A stretch of DNA of 64,000 nucleotides from Eledone cirrhosa (lineage: Eukaryota): NCBI GenBank assembly GCA_964016885.1, contig OZ024747.1, positions 66,526,001 to 66,590,000 on the forward strand. Reading direction: 5' to 3'. The notes beneath the pieces are model-generated. The model was not told the origin of the DNA. It saw only the letters and a list, made by a program, of their open reading frames with translations, and did no database searches. A program made the position numbers and the translations under genes. The first letter of the stretch is position 1. Each line of letters begins with the position of its first letter. Shown here piece after piece: positions 1 through 13,451 of the stretch.

Positions 1-118
1 TTTACAGCGCCGGATTGAATGCCTTAGCATTTGCTTCAGCTTTCTGTGTTCTGAGTTGAAATATCAGCGAGGCCAACTTTGTCTTTTATTCTTTTCTAGT
101 CGATAAATAAAGTACGAA
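1..118 (+). mobile_element. Partial tRNA-derived SINE (same family as 43675-43895)
   Basis: Contains TCTGAGTTGAAAT..CGAGGCCAACTTTGTCTTT..GTCGATAAATAAAGTAC, matching the B-box and central domain of the better copies. Confidence 0.6.
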
Positions 119-1164
119 TATAGGGTTACTCGTTTGGCAGGGGGGAGGGGGTATCTGTCCTGGCTCTGTACGCTCTGACTTTCAGTTTCACCTCCTTCTG
201 CTATGGGCTGTGACCGACAGGAAAATATCAGCAATGTCAAGACAAATGGAAATATATTTTTCTTGATCCAATCTGAGGATTGACTCCTTTCAAAATTATT
301 TTATAAAAAGATAAGATATTCTGACTGATATTATCTCCCCAGAAACATACAGCCAATGAGAAACGACGTTGTGTATAAGTCGTGACGGAAACGTCAATTC
401 TGAAATGGCTCGTAGTTAAAATTCCAACTATGAGACTTTAAGTTCAAATTCCACAGGGTGTTATTTCGTACTTTTTCTGTTGATTAAATACCGGTAATAT
501 GCTGGTTTCCATTCAATCAATAGTACAACTTTTCAACGTCCAGAAATTGATGTACGTAATTGGTTGAACTTCTTAATACATGGTGATGGATGTTAGTTAA
601 CGGTGATTTGATATTCTATAGTGAATAGACCGGCTTAGCGTAGGTAATACATCGGCAGGGAGTTAATTTATTGATGAATAGACTTTCTGAATCGATTTCA
701 AATCTCATTTGAGGCGAATTCACCAGGATGACACCGATAATGACTTGGATATCAGTACACTCTCTCACTCTCATATATTCATTCTTTTTTTTTTATCTAA
801 TAAATATGTTGGTTGGACTTGTATACATAATGGTTACCTATTGGAAGAGAAGGATGAATGGATATGCAGATAGGTAGATCGATAGATAGACTGGTGTTAA
901 ATAGGAAAGGTAAGATAAAGTAAAAGGCAGAAAATAAGGGGAGAGAGAAAGAGAGGCAGGGGGGACGAAAAATGTGTCAGTAAACGTTCATGATTACGTG
1001 TTCCTGATGTTGTTTGTGTCTGTGTGATCGAGGTGTTGATGTTGTTGTTGTTCGTAGTGGTGATGATGGTGGGAACAATAGTAATGATGATGACGGAGTG
1101 AGAATGAGAATGAATGAAAGTGAAAAACAGAAATTAAAAAAAATATAATAAAAAAGGGTACCCC

Positions 1165-1490
1165 CCCCCCCAACAAAACAGCCAGTAAAACGACAACGAA
1201 AATAACAACTACAACCACAACAATAGCACATACCACGAACACAACAACAATAACAATTACCACTAACAGTAACATCACCTCAACAACAATAACGAGTCCC
1301 ACAATAAGGACAAGGACGACAATGTCGACCACAACGACGACAACGACGATGACGACCACCACCACGACGACCACCACGACGACCACCATCTCGACCAACA
1401 CCACCACGACCACCATCACTACTACCACGACCACCACCACAACCACCACCACCACCACCATACGACCACGACGACCACCACCACGACGAC
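1165..1490. repeat. Degenerate (ACA/ACG/ACC)n trinucleotide repeat
   Basis: Directly visible; explains the poly-Thr/poly-Val ORFs. Confidence 0.9.
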
Positions 1491-1594
1491 ACACACACAC
1501 ACATCCAAGATATGTCAACATGAATGGATCTGTTATTTTTATCTAAAGAAATGTTTTCTAATTCCACCTTCAATCTATCTTATTCCTCATTCTT

Positions 1595-1630
1595 TCTTCT
1601 GATGCAGGACTAGCGTCCGAAACGTTAAGA
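1595..1630 (+). ncRNA. Degenerate minimal hammerhead ribozyme-like motif (probable PLE pLTR remnant)
   Basis: tctt CTGATGC A ggac-tagc-gtcc GAAAC GTT aaga; layout resembles the motif at 63358-63388. Confidence 0.45.
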
Positions 1631-1776
1631 CCCTCTTCCTGCTATTTCAAGCGTTAACCTAATATATTCCTTCCATATACTGTACCGATTGTGTTGTTAT
1701 TTCTGTTTACATACACACATACATACACACACACACATATATATACATATATATATATATCATTATCATCATCATT

Positions 1777-1815
<39 letters not shown>

Positions 1816-2652
1816 GACGTTTAACGTCTATCTTCCACGCTAGCATGGGTTTAGACGGGAATTTGTCCTACTTGAGGTAAGATTGGTCGGGTGACCACGT
1901 CTCGCCCGTATAGGGCTGTCTGGCAGGTTTTCTACGGCTCTGGGAGGTTTTTACCGTGTTACCTACACGGCCACATTACAGCGTGGACTCTGTGTTTTTT
2001 TTGTCGTGACACCTACACGACCTCATTTATTTTGGACTGGATGTTGTGGTACCAATATAACGTTACATATATATAAGAAAATGAGGTTGTTGTTTTTTTA
2101 AATGAAAAAAAACGAGTTGTCTTACACGAGTGAAAGTATAAGGAAAATGATGAAATCGAAAATGCAACTGGAGTCTTTTTAAGAATATTTATTTGTTTCA
2201 TTTACCGTTTTCACTGTTCTTATGCTTTTCAAAAGTAGAATTGTGATGGAGGGTTTGTGTTTTTTCTCGCATCATATATATATATATATATACGCATACA
2301 TATATCTATAGATGGATGTTTATATGTATATATGTATATGTATATATTATACATATATACATACACATCTATCTATCCATCTAGCTATATATACATATGT
2401 ATTATATGAATAAGATCTCAACACAAATGCATGCTACCTAATGTTTCAAACTTCAACCAGCAAAGACATAGAATGCCTATATTGTATGCTAGTTGAAACT
2501 CGAAACCTTAGGTAGCATGCATTTATATTGAGATCGTATATATTTTGCTTTGTACATTACATAGACTGCTTTTATTTTCCTCGATCTATTTCTTCGGAAA
2601 TTCTTGGCACACGCACACACACACACGCACACACACGCACAAACACACATAG

Positions 2653-2692
<40 letters not shown>

Positions 2693-3224
2693 GGTAGTGA
2701 GGGAGGTGGGTACACCAAAAACAAACGAACCGAACAAAGATAGAAGGGAAAGACATCTTGTAGTGCTAATTATTTACAAGAATCTATTGTATGGAATAAA
2801 TGAAATCATTTCAGGTTATGTTGTCTTCTTCTTAAACAAACAAAGATAGCATTGTAAGCAACAACTTACTATTCAATTTTTACACTTATTTCACTTTAGA
2901 ATTATGACGCACAATCCTTTACCTCTTACATTGAGCAGAGCTTTTATCTATTGAAAGAAGGACTTTACTTTAAAGTCACGTTCATCGTATTTGTTTATAC
3001 ACCGATATTTCCTATTTGTGCTAAAATCAATCGTTTCAAATCGATGACGATTAAGAAAGAATATAGCTTATACCGACAGTTACAACTTTTACGTGTGGTT
3101 GTATTGTCCCTAATTATGTCAGCCTTACTTAGTCTGACCAATTATTAATGATGTTCTATTCATTACGGGTGACTGAATTGTTAAGATTTTTGTTTCACGA
3201 TCGTAAAGTCATACTTTCAATTCT

Positions 3225-3440
3225 CGGGCTGGCCGGTGCACTGTGATCTTAAGCAAGAAACTTTAATTCATATTGTTCCATCCTCTCAGCTGCAAAAATT
3301 AATTGTAACTCTAAATTACATTGAGTCACACTGAATATCCCTGAGAATTAAACTAAGGGTACTCATGTCTGTTGAATGCTCAGTTGCACTTTAATCAAAC
3401 GATAGAACAAGAGCACACATCGTCGAAATCGACGGAGGCC
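3225..3440 (+). mobile_element. Degenerate SINE-like repeat with CORE-like segment
   Basis: CTGTGATCTTAAGCAAGAAACTTTAATTCATATTG resembles the CORE-SINE motif (GTGNCCTTGAGCAAG..CTT); recognised by eye only. Confidence 0.35.
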
Positions 3441-3630
3441 CAACATTCACAGTCATTTTTATTCTGTTTTTCTAATGTTTCCCGTCAGGTGATGTATATC
3501 TTGTAGTATATAATGTCGTCTTCCTAACAGTGTTATTTGATATGTGGTTGTTATTTCTAATAGATCGAGAAACATCAACATACCACATTCCTGTTAGGTT
3601 AATTAACACTTTAGTTTGTGCTCAGGATTT

Positions 3631-3843
3631 AGGAGCGGTGGAAGTATTTCTGAATTGAGGGGTAGGGCAAATTTGGACAATTTTGCACTCTAAAATGGTT
3701 AGAAAACTTCGATATGCGATAAACATAACATGTACATAAATTGTAGTGCATATGCAAATAGATGTGTGTTTTGGTAGTTTAGGGAGAAATATATAATAAT
3801 TGGAAGGGGGGGGGGCATGGATCCCCCAAGTTCCACCGCCCCT
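3631..3843. mobile_element. MITE-like element, possibly hAT-type
   Basis: 13-bp TIRs AGGAGCGGTGGAA / TTCCACCGCCCCT (1 mismatch); similar flanks caggatt / cggatt. Confidence 0.5.
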
Positions 3844-4187
3844 CGGATTAAGGATGTCGCCATTTCTTCAATTTGATTATTTTTCAAGTCTTTTTATTTA
3901 TTTATTGAATCTAATGGATATTTGATTCGAAACCTTGACTCATGAATTAACGTGTTAAGTCGATGCTTACACCAGGGAGATTTAGTATGATATAATGTCT
4001 GATAAGGCTGGACACTTGAATTTGATACATCATTCACAGATTCCGTTTACCCCATTTAGAAGGTTTTGGTCGATCTGAAGATATGAGAAATGATACTTGC
4101 TTAACTGGTCATACTGACGGATCGAACCCAGGTCCTCATGATTTGTTAATCACTCGACTAGGTGGCGTTCAGATGTGTTTATGTACG

Positions 4188-4226
<39 letters not shown>

Positions 4227-4765
4227 TATAGTTAGATGTGTGTGTGTGTGTGTGTGTGTGTGAGTGTATACACATGAGGTAGATACATACACATATACAT
4301 ATATTGGTGTATGTACGAGTAAATATATGTGTGTTGTGCTGCTATAAAGTTATAATTACACCAGATTCTACAGTAGCTACACAGAAAATAAAGAGAATAA
4401 GATATCCATATATTCTATATCCAGTGGTATAAAACAGTGAACACATTGATATTGTAGATTTTGGTTGAAAAACATATTTTTCATAACGAAGCTAAAATGT
4501 CGTCTTAACAAAAGTCACTATTAATATTTATCTTTGATCTTCAGTTGATCAAAGTGTTGCCGACAGCATTGGCACGGCTGTGGTTAATTTGATTCATGTC
4601 TCTGATTAGTGTATTAAGTTAAGTTTTACAGTAGGAAACCTACACTTATTAATATAATAGTAGTAGAGCCGTGTCGTCAATAATTACAGCATAGCTTTCA
4701 ATATATTTAATATTTGATGTTCAGGATTGGTATGCCATATATATATGTATACATAAACACACACG

Positions 4766-4801
<36 letters not shown>

Positions 4802-4803
<2 letters not shown>

Positions 4804-5040
4804 GAAACCGAGGTTTGGAAGAAACAATTGTAAGCAAATAAATGATTTAAACAGAACTTTGATTCATGTAATTTCTATATAACTGCTCTGTAAAACAACT
4901 GATGTTGTTACATTGAGCTATTTATCTTACTGGTAATAAGATAGTAATAAATTACCGTCTTTCACTATTTAGGGTTTAAAATATATATAACTATAAAAGG
5001 TTTTAGTATATACATAACCATAAATAGTATCCTTAATACT
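4802..5040 (+). mobile_element. PLE terminal fragment between (TA)n tracts
   Basis: Hammerhead 3' half GAAAC-AATT-GTA, then AATAAA, then bulged hairpin 4885-4918; related copy at about 25643-25765. Confidence 0.6.
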
Positions 5041-5243
5041 ATATATATATATATATACATATATCCACCTATCTAATAATATTTATTTTGTTATCCATCT
5101 TGAACCTGTGTATTTGAACTGAAGTCATAATTAATAGTTTGATTTGTATATGTATACGAAATCTTTCTATATATGTATGTGTATATGAATTTGCGTACGT
5201 GTTTGTAGGTATATGCATCTATGTATTTGTAAGTGCGTATATG

Positions 5244-5329
<86 letters not shown>

Positions 5330-5509
5330 CATATACGCACATACAAATACATAGATGCATATATATATATATATACATATACATACATAGTTGTATATAT
5401 ACATTTATAAATAAGGTTGTACTGTACAGGTATACTGGGTTACATGGTACCAGTAGCAAACAGAAACCTGACTTACACACACACACACACACATGTGTGT
5501 GTGTATATA

Positions 5510-5549
<40 letters not shown>

Positions 5550-5552
<3 letters not shown>

Positions 5553-5783
5553 AATTTCCCAAACTGATCAGATTAGAGCAAAAATCACGAGCACTCTATC
5601 TCAAAACTATTTTTGAAAAGCATAAGAAATGCGCAACCGGTAAAAACTTAAAAAACTAAAACTGAATACTAACTAATACTTATTACTAATTTATACTTAT
5701 TCCTAATTAAACAATTTTTACACTGGGAAAAATTTGTCAGCATTTTCTTTTCCTTTTTACTAATATATCACAACTCGTGTTTA
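5550..5783 (+). mobile_element. PLE-like terminal fragment in (TA)n; family also at 54832-55200 (-) and 62955-63068
   Basis: High similarity to the reverse complement of 54950-55050; shared terminus AATTTGTCAGCATTTTC; hammerhead-like variant at 5609-5646. Confidence 0.6.
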
Positions 5784-5784
5784 A

Positions 5785-5816
<32 letters not shown>

Positions 5817-5817
5817 A

Positions 5818-5927
<110 letters not shown>

Positions 5928-6057
5928 GTTTGTGTGTCTGTATAAATGTTGAAGGTATATAAAGTATAATACTCTACTAATGTATTGAGCTTTCACTCTC
6001 AGAATCAACCTCATATATATAGATATAGATAGAGAGAGAGGGAGAGAAGGAGAGAGT

Positions 6058-6131
<74 letters not shown>

Positions 6132-6548
6132 CATACATTCACCAAAGGAGCACATTCATAGGTATATAAACACTATTTACGTTGTTATGTGTAGATATGT
6201 ATACACGCGAACACAATCACACATATAAATACACTGACAAATTAACGTAATACATACAGAGACAAAATACATAAATCAGTTACTCCTATAAATGGCGTTG
6301 AAATCAAACATGACAGTTTTATCAATATGACTTCATATATAATAAAACCTCTACATCTATCATAAAACCTCTACATCTAACATACATCAGAATGAAAACA
6401 CTTGGAATGTCTTATCAATGTTGGACAATTGTTTCTTACAAACTGACGGAAATGACTGGCAGCCTGTCTGCTTTTTATTTGTTATTTCCAACGAAGTAGA
6501 AGCCAGTTCGTGTCCGAGTACGGTCACTTCTTAGCTGGCGAAGATGTA

Positions 6549-7500
6549 TTATTGATGTTGCTGCCGTCGGTGCCGCCTTAAATGGCTCGTCAAACCAAGA
6601 ACTGTCTTGCATATCATACCACATAATGTACAAATAAGTTTGTAGTGCTGTATTATTTCATTTGCAGAGTGACACCCTTTGGTAGAGATGCGACATGCAA
6701 AATCAAAGTGTATGGAGTACGTGTTATATACATGAGTATCACGTCTGCTATGACTTAGCCGTCCAGCCTTTGACGTCCGCATCCCTCACAAGTATAAGCC
6801 TTTTTCGAAGCTCGTTCTGGGAGCGGACCAACACCGTTCATATATTTAGTTGCTTCTCTTAAACATAGTCCCTCATCTTCTTTTCTAATTCTTTAATACT
6901 GGTAGCAATCAGATTTCGCCATTGGGATCTTTCTGTTGCATGATTGCCCCATGATTCAGTGTTTATCTTCTTCAGCGTATCTTTCAGGAAATTCTTTATA
7001 GTATTTATGAGGCTTGCACTGTAGGCGATTGCCTTGCAACAGTGATCTATACAATACTTGGTTTGGGAGTCTGATGCCCTCTAGACATAATATATGACCT
7101 ATCCACCAGAGACGCTGTTTTATGATCACTGTTTTATGATCTCGTTTCTTGGGTGATAGGCCTGTTGCAGCACATCAGAATCTGGTATGAGATATTCATG
7201 AGATCTTGAAGGTGGAGTGCAAGCATTGTTGGGGGAAACGTTCAAGACGCTGGATACGACCACAATATGTTATCAATGTCTCAGCAAGGCTGTAATTACA
7301 CATGCTTGACACACTTCAACTTTCGTGCGCCCACAGATATCTGACTGTGACCAAAGGTGATTCTCCCGTTTATCAAAAACATCGGAAGATTTAGCTTAGC
7401 TCTTCATTAAGGGTGCTTGTTCTGTAGAGAGTACTGCCTATGTGGACGAACTGATCCATAACCTTCAATAATTTTCCTTCTGCTGATGCACGTTGCACCT
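6549..7500 (-). pseudogene. Degraded RTE-clade LINE, 3' part
   Basis: Frameshifted minus-strand peptides VDQFVHIGS, RLPNQVLY..GNR..KPHKYYKEFLKDTLKK..W..ATERSQWR, and terminal C2H2 finger CTLCGMICKTVLGLTSHLRRH, typical of RTE C-termini. Confidence 0.75.
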
Positions 7501-8319
7501 AATATTCTGCCAGAATCTCAGTGTGGTTTCCGTCCATTTCGGGGCACTGCACATATGATCTTCCAAATCCATTACCTGCCAGCTAGGCCATAGGGAATCT
7601 AGTCAGAATTCCATGGTATCCCATCTCAACTAGAAGCAATTCTGGAAACTCAGACAACTATTTTATTTCTTCATAGTTTATGTACTTTGCCCACCTACTC
7701 TGTTTTGCTTTCCCAACAAGCAGCACAGCATTTGCCGAGTCATGCCATGCTATAAGATAGGGTCGTATTTTTGATATAACAATATAGCTTGGGAAAACTA
7801 GTGCTGTTTCCATGTTAGCCTGTACTTTCCGATCATTCGTTCCTCGCATGCGTCTGAGTCTCAGCGTTCAGTTTTTTATCCACCTATGTTTTACTTTCTA
7901 ACCCTCCTTGTGGAAGACAACAGGCTGTAGCATTTCATTGGTTTTTCCTTCCATTAACAATGCCAGAACATGGTCCGCGACAACTTCCTTTGTTCCTCTA
8001 TCTTCCATGTTGTCCAAAAACATTGATCCTTCTAATACTACGCTGCTTCTCCTTAATAAAAAAAAAAAGAAAAGAAATTGTAGTGCTACTGTCAATTATA
8101 ACCAGTCCCATTTTGCTGTCTATGTTTATTTACAAATGAGCATCAACAGCAGATGTTCATCAAGCAAACTCTATATAGATTCTAGTTTATTTTCATCTCT
8201 GTATCGGTTGAGTGAATGTCACCGATGAGAGGTTAAGGAATTTTGAAGCAGCTGTCTGGCACATTCAACGGCCAGTGAGATGTATGTGACATGTTCCCGG
8301 AGCAAAAGAGAGAAAAATA

Positions 8320-8470
8320 ATCAAGGGGAAGGGATGGTCGATTATATTGACCCCTGTAACTGATTGATACTTTATTTTATCGACCCCCCGTAAGGATGAA
8401 AGGCAAAGTTAACCTCGGCGGGATTTGAACTCAGACCATAAAGGGCCGCAACTCTTTGCTGTCCAACATC
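8320..8470 (-). mobile_element. tRNA-derived SINE
   Basis: TTTTATCGACCCC..GTAAGGATGAAAGGCAAAGTTAACCTCGGCGGGATTTGAACTCAGA, the reverse complement of the family core and B-box. Confidence 0.8.
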
Positions 8471-8907
8471 TTATGCGATGGTTTCCTTTTTACACAGAGA
8501 GACATTATGACGATCAGATATGATCATACTAGAAGGAAAATATGATTTTCATCTATTACAGAGAAAGTATTATCAAATAGATTGGATGCCTTTGAGGTAA
8601 GGAAATATAGAAGACGCTAAAGATTATCAAGGAGAGAACACGATCTCCATGAAGAAGTATTAAAAATGGTAACAACTAAAGTATCTTTATTATACACCAT
8701 CAAAGAAAAAAGATCAAAATATTTTGGCCATTTAATTAGAAAGAAAATATGGTTTATAGAGACTATAAATGGAAAGTTAAATTAATAGAAAAAAGGAAGG
8801 GAAGGAGAACAAAGTATTATGTTGTTGAATAACTTCAACATTTGGACAGGCTTAAAATACTGTAAATGTATATGCTCAGTACTATGGCCAGTCCTATATA
8901 TATAGAT

Positions 8908-8977
<70 letters not shown>

Positions 8978-9185
8978 GATATTAAACAAATGGAAACTAC
9001 ATTTATAAAACCATATTTATTTCATTATATATATTTCAGGGATATCATATTAAAAATATGGTATGCCCTCTTCAGACAAAATACAATATATAAACAGTTT
9101 TATAAATAAATTTGACATACCTTAAACTTTACAACTTCCATTTAAAAAGTTGTTTTGGTAGTGAAAATGTTAAGGACAGTTAGAG

Positions 9186-10373
9186 ATGACATGCTTTTAC
9201 TTATTGAAAATAATAACTCTTTTACTTATTGAAAATAATAACTCTGAACTAAATAGAAAAAGAAAACAAATTATACAATTTTTTAATTACCTTAATCTAA
9301 AAATAGAAATTGAGAATAACCATAGAATAGTCAATTTCCTAGATGTAACATTAAATCTCAACACATGTCTTCACTATCCATTTCACGAGTTAAATGAAAA
9401 CTTGAATTATGTCAATTTTAACTCCAATCACCCCAGATCTGTTAAAAATACTATAGTGAACTCTGTTCAAAAACGTATCTCTAGAATCTCATCTAATAAA
9501 AATATTTTCGACCAAAAAGCCCAGTATTACAATGAAGCGTTAGCTAGAGCAGGATATAGTGATAAAATTATGTACATCGATAATAATAGACAAACTAACC
9601 AAAATAACAACAATTTTAATTACGGTAACAACTTTAACAACTATAATAGAAAGCATTACAATAATTCCAAAAACCAGAAAAGAAATAGAACTAGAAATAT
9701 AATATGGTTCCCCCCCCCTTTCTCACTAAACATTAAAACCCACATCGCTAAACTATTTTTTAATGCTCTTGACAAACGCTTCCCTAGAACACATAAGTAT
9801 CACTCAATTTTCAATAGACCTACTATAAAATTAACCTACTCGTCCACCAAAAATTTAGCACAAAATATTAATAGAATAAATAATAGGAATCTAAAACCTA
9901 GCCAAAATACCGATAATAGCCTAAACAATATCCAAGTAAACAACTGTAACTGTAGAGATAGATCTAAATGTCCGTTAAATAACAATTGCTTAGTTAAAAA
10001 TATAATATACAACTGTAATGTTAAAACTGACTTAAATTCTTTTAATTATGTTGGTTCCACCTCGACAGAATTTAAACTTCGGTATAATAATCACAAGAAT
10101 TCTTTCACGGATCCAAACAAAAAATCTTCAACATCACTATCAGGCTTACTCTGGCAACTTAAACATGATAACGTTGGATATTCGATGGTTTGGAATATAG
10201 TCTCAAGAGGGATTCCTTTTAATTCCTCTTCTGAGACATGTGACCTCTGCGCGGAGGAGATATTCTTTATACTAAAATCTAAAAATTCCCTTAATTTACG
10301 GACCAATTTATTCAGTTGCTGCAGACATAGATTGAACTCAACTTTTAAATATAAATATAAATTTAAAATGTAG
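9186..10373 (+). pseudogene. Truncated PLE polyprotein: RT C-terminus/thumb + GIY-YIG endonuclease
   Basis: VNFLDVTLNL, YVNFNSNHP, IIWFPPPFS, CNCRDRSKCPL..CL, IIYNC..YVGST..FKLRYNNH, CDLC..E, CRHR; homologous to 49299-50966. Confidence 0.9.
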
Positions 10374-11514
10374 TATATTTACTTAAGATATTTAATTATT
10401 TATGAAACTTGGCGATAAATCTTTCGATTCCTTCAATTTTTTTTAAACCTTCTTCATGAGTATATAATTAATAATGTAATTAAACTACCTTAAAATGGTG
10501 ATGCTCCCAATCTATTGAATAAATTTTAAGCTAGATAAACTTCTATACTAAATATAAGAGCATCTGTAGAACAACTGGGTATCCTAAATTTTTTTGAATG
10601 ATTTCTGCTAAATAAGTTTGGTTGAATAATTTTGGTTTTGTTTGCTTTTGATTCTGATTGCTTCTAATGAACTTGGCAATATATTGTCAAATAAATTGGA
10701 AGGGTTGATTTCTGTGGTTGATATGCGGAGCACACTGTGTTTTCTTACGGCCCTAGATACTCTGGGGAGTGAAATATTCTTGGCGTTTTTAATACATTGA
10801 TATCTGTTGTCTATTCTATGCTTGAACGATAATCATGTAAGAGAGGGCAAGAATATTATTATTAATAATGTATATTTTATGTATATATATATATGTATGT
10901 ACATATATGTATGGTAGAATCTTTTGTAACGCAATGAAGATTTTCATGTGAAATAAGAATTTACAGAGCTGATCACGTAAACTCACATGTGTGTCTATAA
11001 TGTCAACTTGAATTTGAGATAACCTTCTCTTTTTTCTTTCTCTTTTTTCTTTTTCTTTTTTCATGAAAATACATATATACTTATGTATTTCAGTATTTTT
11101 TTTTTGAAGTTTTATCTCAGATTTTGATTATAAACCTAAGAATTTTTAAACTAAACATATAGTCATTATTTTTTTCACACATTATTGATATGTGTCTCAG
11201 TCATGAATATTGATATTTGCATTATAATACCTAATTCATATGAATTAATAAACTGATGAAACATAATATTTTAAATCTATCATCTTTCTTTCTGAATATA
11301 TCTCTTCTCCTCCTCCCTCTACACTTGACGGGACTTATGTATCGGCTGATTTAACTCTACCTCCTGTACCTCACCCCTCCCCTATCTCTCCCACCTCGTA
11401 TAATAGATATTACTCGATCTACCTCTTTTCTCCCACCACCTATATCTCTCTCTACCTCTCTTTATTTATTTTTATTTTTATTTTTATTTCTCTCCGTATC
11501 CTTAACACTATAAC

Positions 11515-11555
<41 letters not shown>

Positions 11556-11860
11556 ACAGTACCCCCTTCCCTCCTAAATCTCTCATTTGTACGTTATTCA
11601 TCTGTGCCCCAGCTGCCTATCATTTTTCTCTCTCCCATATCTCTCTCTCTATCTCGCTCTGTTGTTTTTTCTTTACATACATTTCTTCATTTTCTTCGTC
11701 TTCTTCTCTAACTGTCCTTAGCACTATACACTTTCTTTCTTTTTCTCTTCGTCTTTCTTTCTAACTGTCCTTAACATTTTCACTACCAAAACAACTTTTT
11801 AAATGGAAGTTGTAAAGTTTAAGGTATGTCAAATTTATTTATAAAACTGTTTATATATTG

Positions 11861-11926
11861 TATTTTGTCTGAAGAGGGCATACCATATTTTTAATATGAT
11901 ATCCCTGAAATATATATAATGAAATA
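11861..11926 (+). ncRNA. Type I hammerhead ribozyme motif (inverted copy at about 9018-9083)
   Basis: Stem I tattttgt/atgaaata; core CTGAAGA; stem II ggg..ccct; GAAAT-ATAT-ATA with palindromic loop III. Confidence 0.8.
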
Positions 11927-12082
11927 AATATGGTTTTATAAATGTAGTTTCCATTTGTTTAATATCGTAAATAAACTCCAAAACTTGTTGAGTGCTTTTA
12001 TATCAGTTATAAAATATTTACTCGTTGTAATCCAACAATTTTAAATAAAACTTTTGCATATATATATATATATATATTTATA

Positions 12083-12376
<294 letters not shown>

Positions 12377-12433
12377 CATACATATATGTATATATATATA
12401 TACATATATATATACACACATATATATATATAT

Positions 12434-12484
12434 ACTAAAATAGATAAAATTAATATATATACGATATATGTATAAATGTATATA

Positions 12485-12560
<76 letters not shown>

Positions 12561-12612
12561 TATATACATTTATACATATATCGTATATATATTAATTTTA
12601 TCTACTTTAGTA
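12434..12612. repeat. Inverted repeat centred on a (TA)n tract
   Basis: ATACTAAAATAGATAAAATTAATATATATACGATATATG.. is mirrored by ..CATATATCGTATATATATTAATTTTATCTACTTTAGTAT. Confidence 0.8.
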
Positions 12613-13296
12613 TTGAGAACTCTTTTCCCTCAGTCGTTAACTATATACGGATATATAACTAAAATGAATACATTTGATAATGTAGTTCTAGATGCAATAT
12701 GTTAGAATATAAAAGATGGCCTTGTCACGGATAAGACATATATACATATGAATGCCATCATATTTCAGTTGCGTACACAAGATGAAAGCATAAGTAAATT
12801 TGAGAAATCAGCCACAACATATATACAACACTTAAAAAGTACATTACATTCTACAGTCCTCTAAAGCATTCTGTGTACCTCTGCATAGGCCCCATATTAT
12901 TTAAACCGACAAACCATTAATATAAAATAGAAATTTATTTGCAGATTTTGTGCTATATAATATTTTGTTGTTGAACCCCCCTCCCGTTAACCCCTCTCTT
13001 TTTATCTCCCCCTCTCTCTCTCACATGACCCTCTTTCTTGCACACCCCTCTCTAACTCAGAAATAATTTAATACTCCATTACATTATCTGACAGTTTCAA
13101 TATGACCTCAGTGTTTCCATTCTAGAATAGAGAACTAAATCTTATAAGCTGGGAAATAGTTAATCGTATTATCCCCTCCTCCCCCTCTCACTATCTCTCT
13201 CTGCCTCTCTCCCTCCTTTTCTCACACTACCTCTTATTCCCCTCTCTATTGCATAAATACAGGTATAGACACAAACGAACATACGCACATGCAAAG

Positions 13297-13341
<45 letters not shown>

Positions 13342-13342
<1 letters not shown>

Positions 13343-13402
13343 GTAGGTCCCGGGTTGAGTCGGGGATAACCACAGTAAGTAAGGTACTCAATATTGTATA
13401 GA

Positions 13403-13407
<5 letters not shown>
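13342..13407 (-). mobile_element. About 65-bp PLE-like extension fragment in (TA)n; homolog at 28540-28605 (+)
   Basis: GGATAACCACAGTAAGTAAGGTACTCAATA closely matches the reverse complement of 28553-28582; carries the bulged hairpin. Confidence 0.6.

Positions 13408-13451
<44 letters not shown>

Larger units (their letters stand above)
8975..12060 (+). mobile_element. 5'-truncated Penelope-like element (Naiad-like) with inverted pLTR, in (TA)n
   Basis: 210-bp inverted repeats 8975-9184 / 11760-11969; RT-thumb + GIY-YIG ORF; hammerhead motif; (TA)n on both sides. Confidence 0.92.

Noticed and set aside
977-1573. Poly-Thr/poly-Val ORFs resembling mucin or membrane proteins
   Set aside because: Translations of a trinucleotide repeat; no splice or domain support
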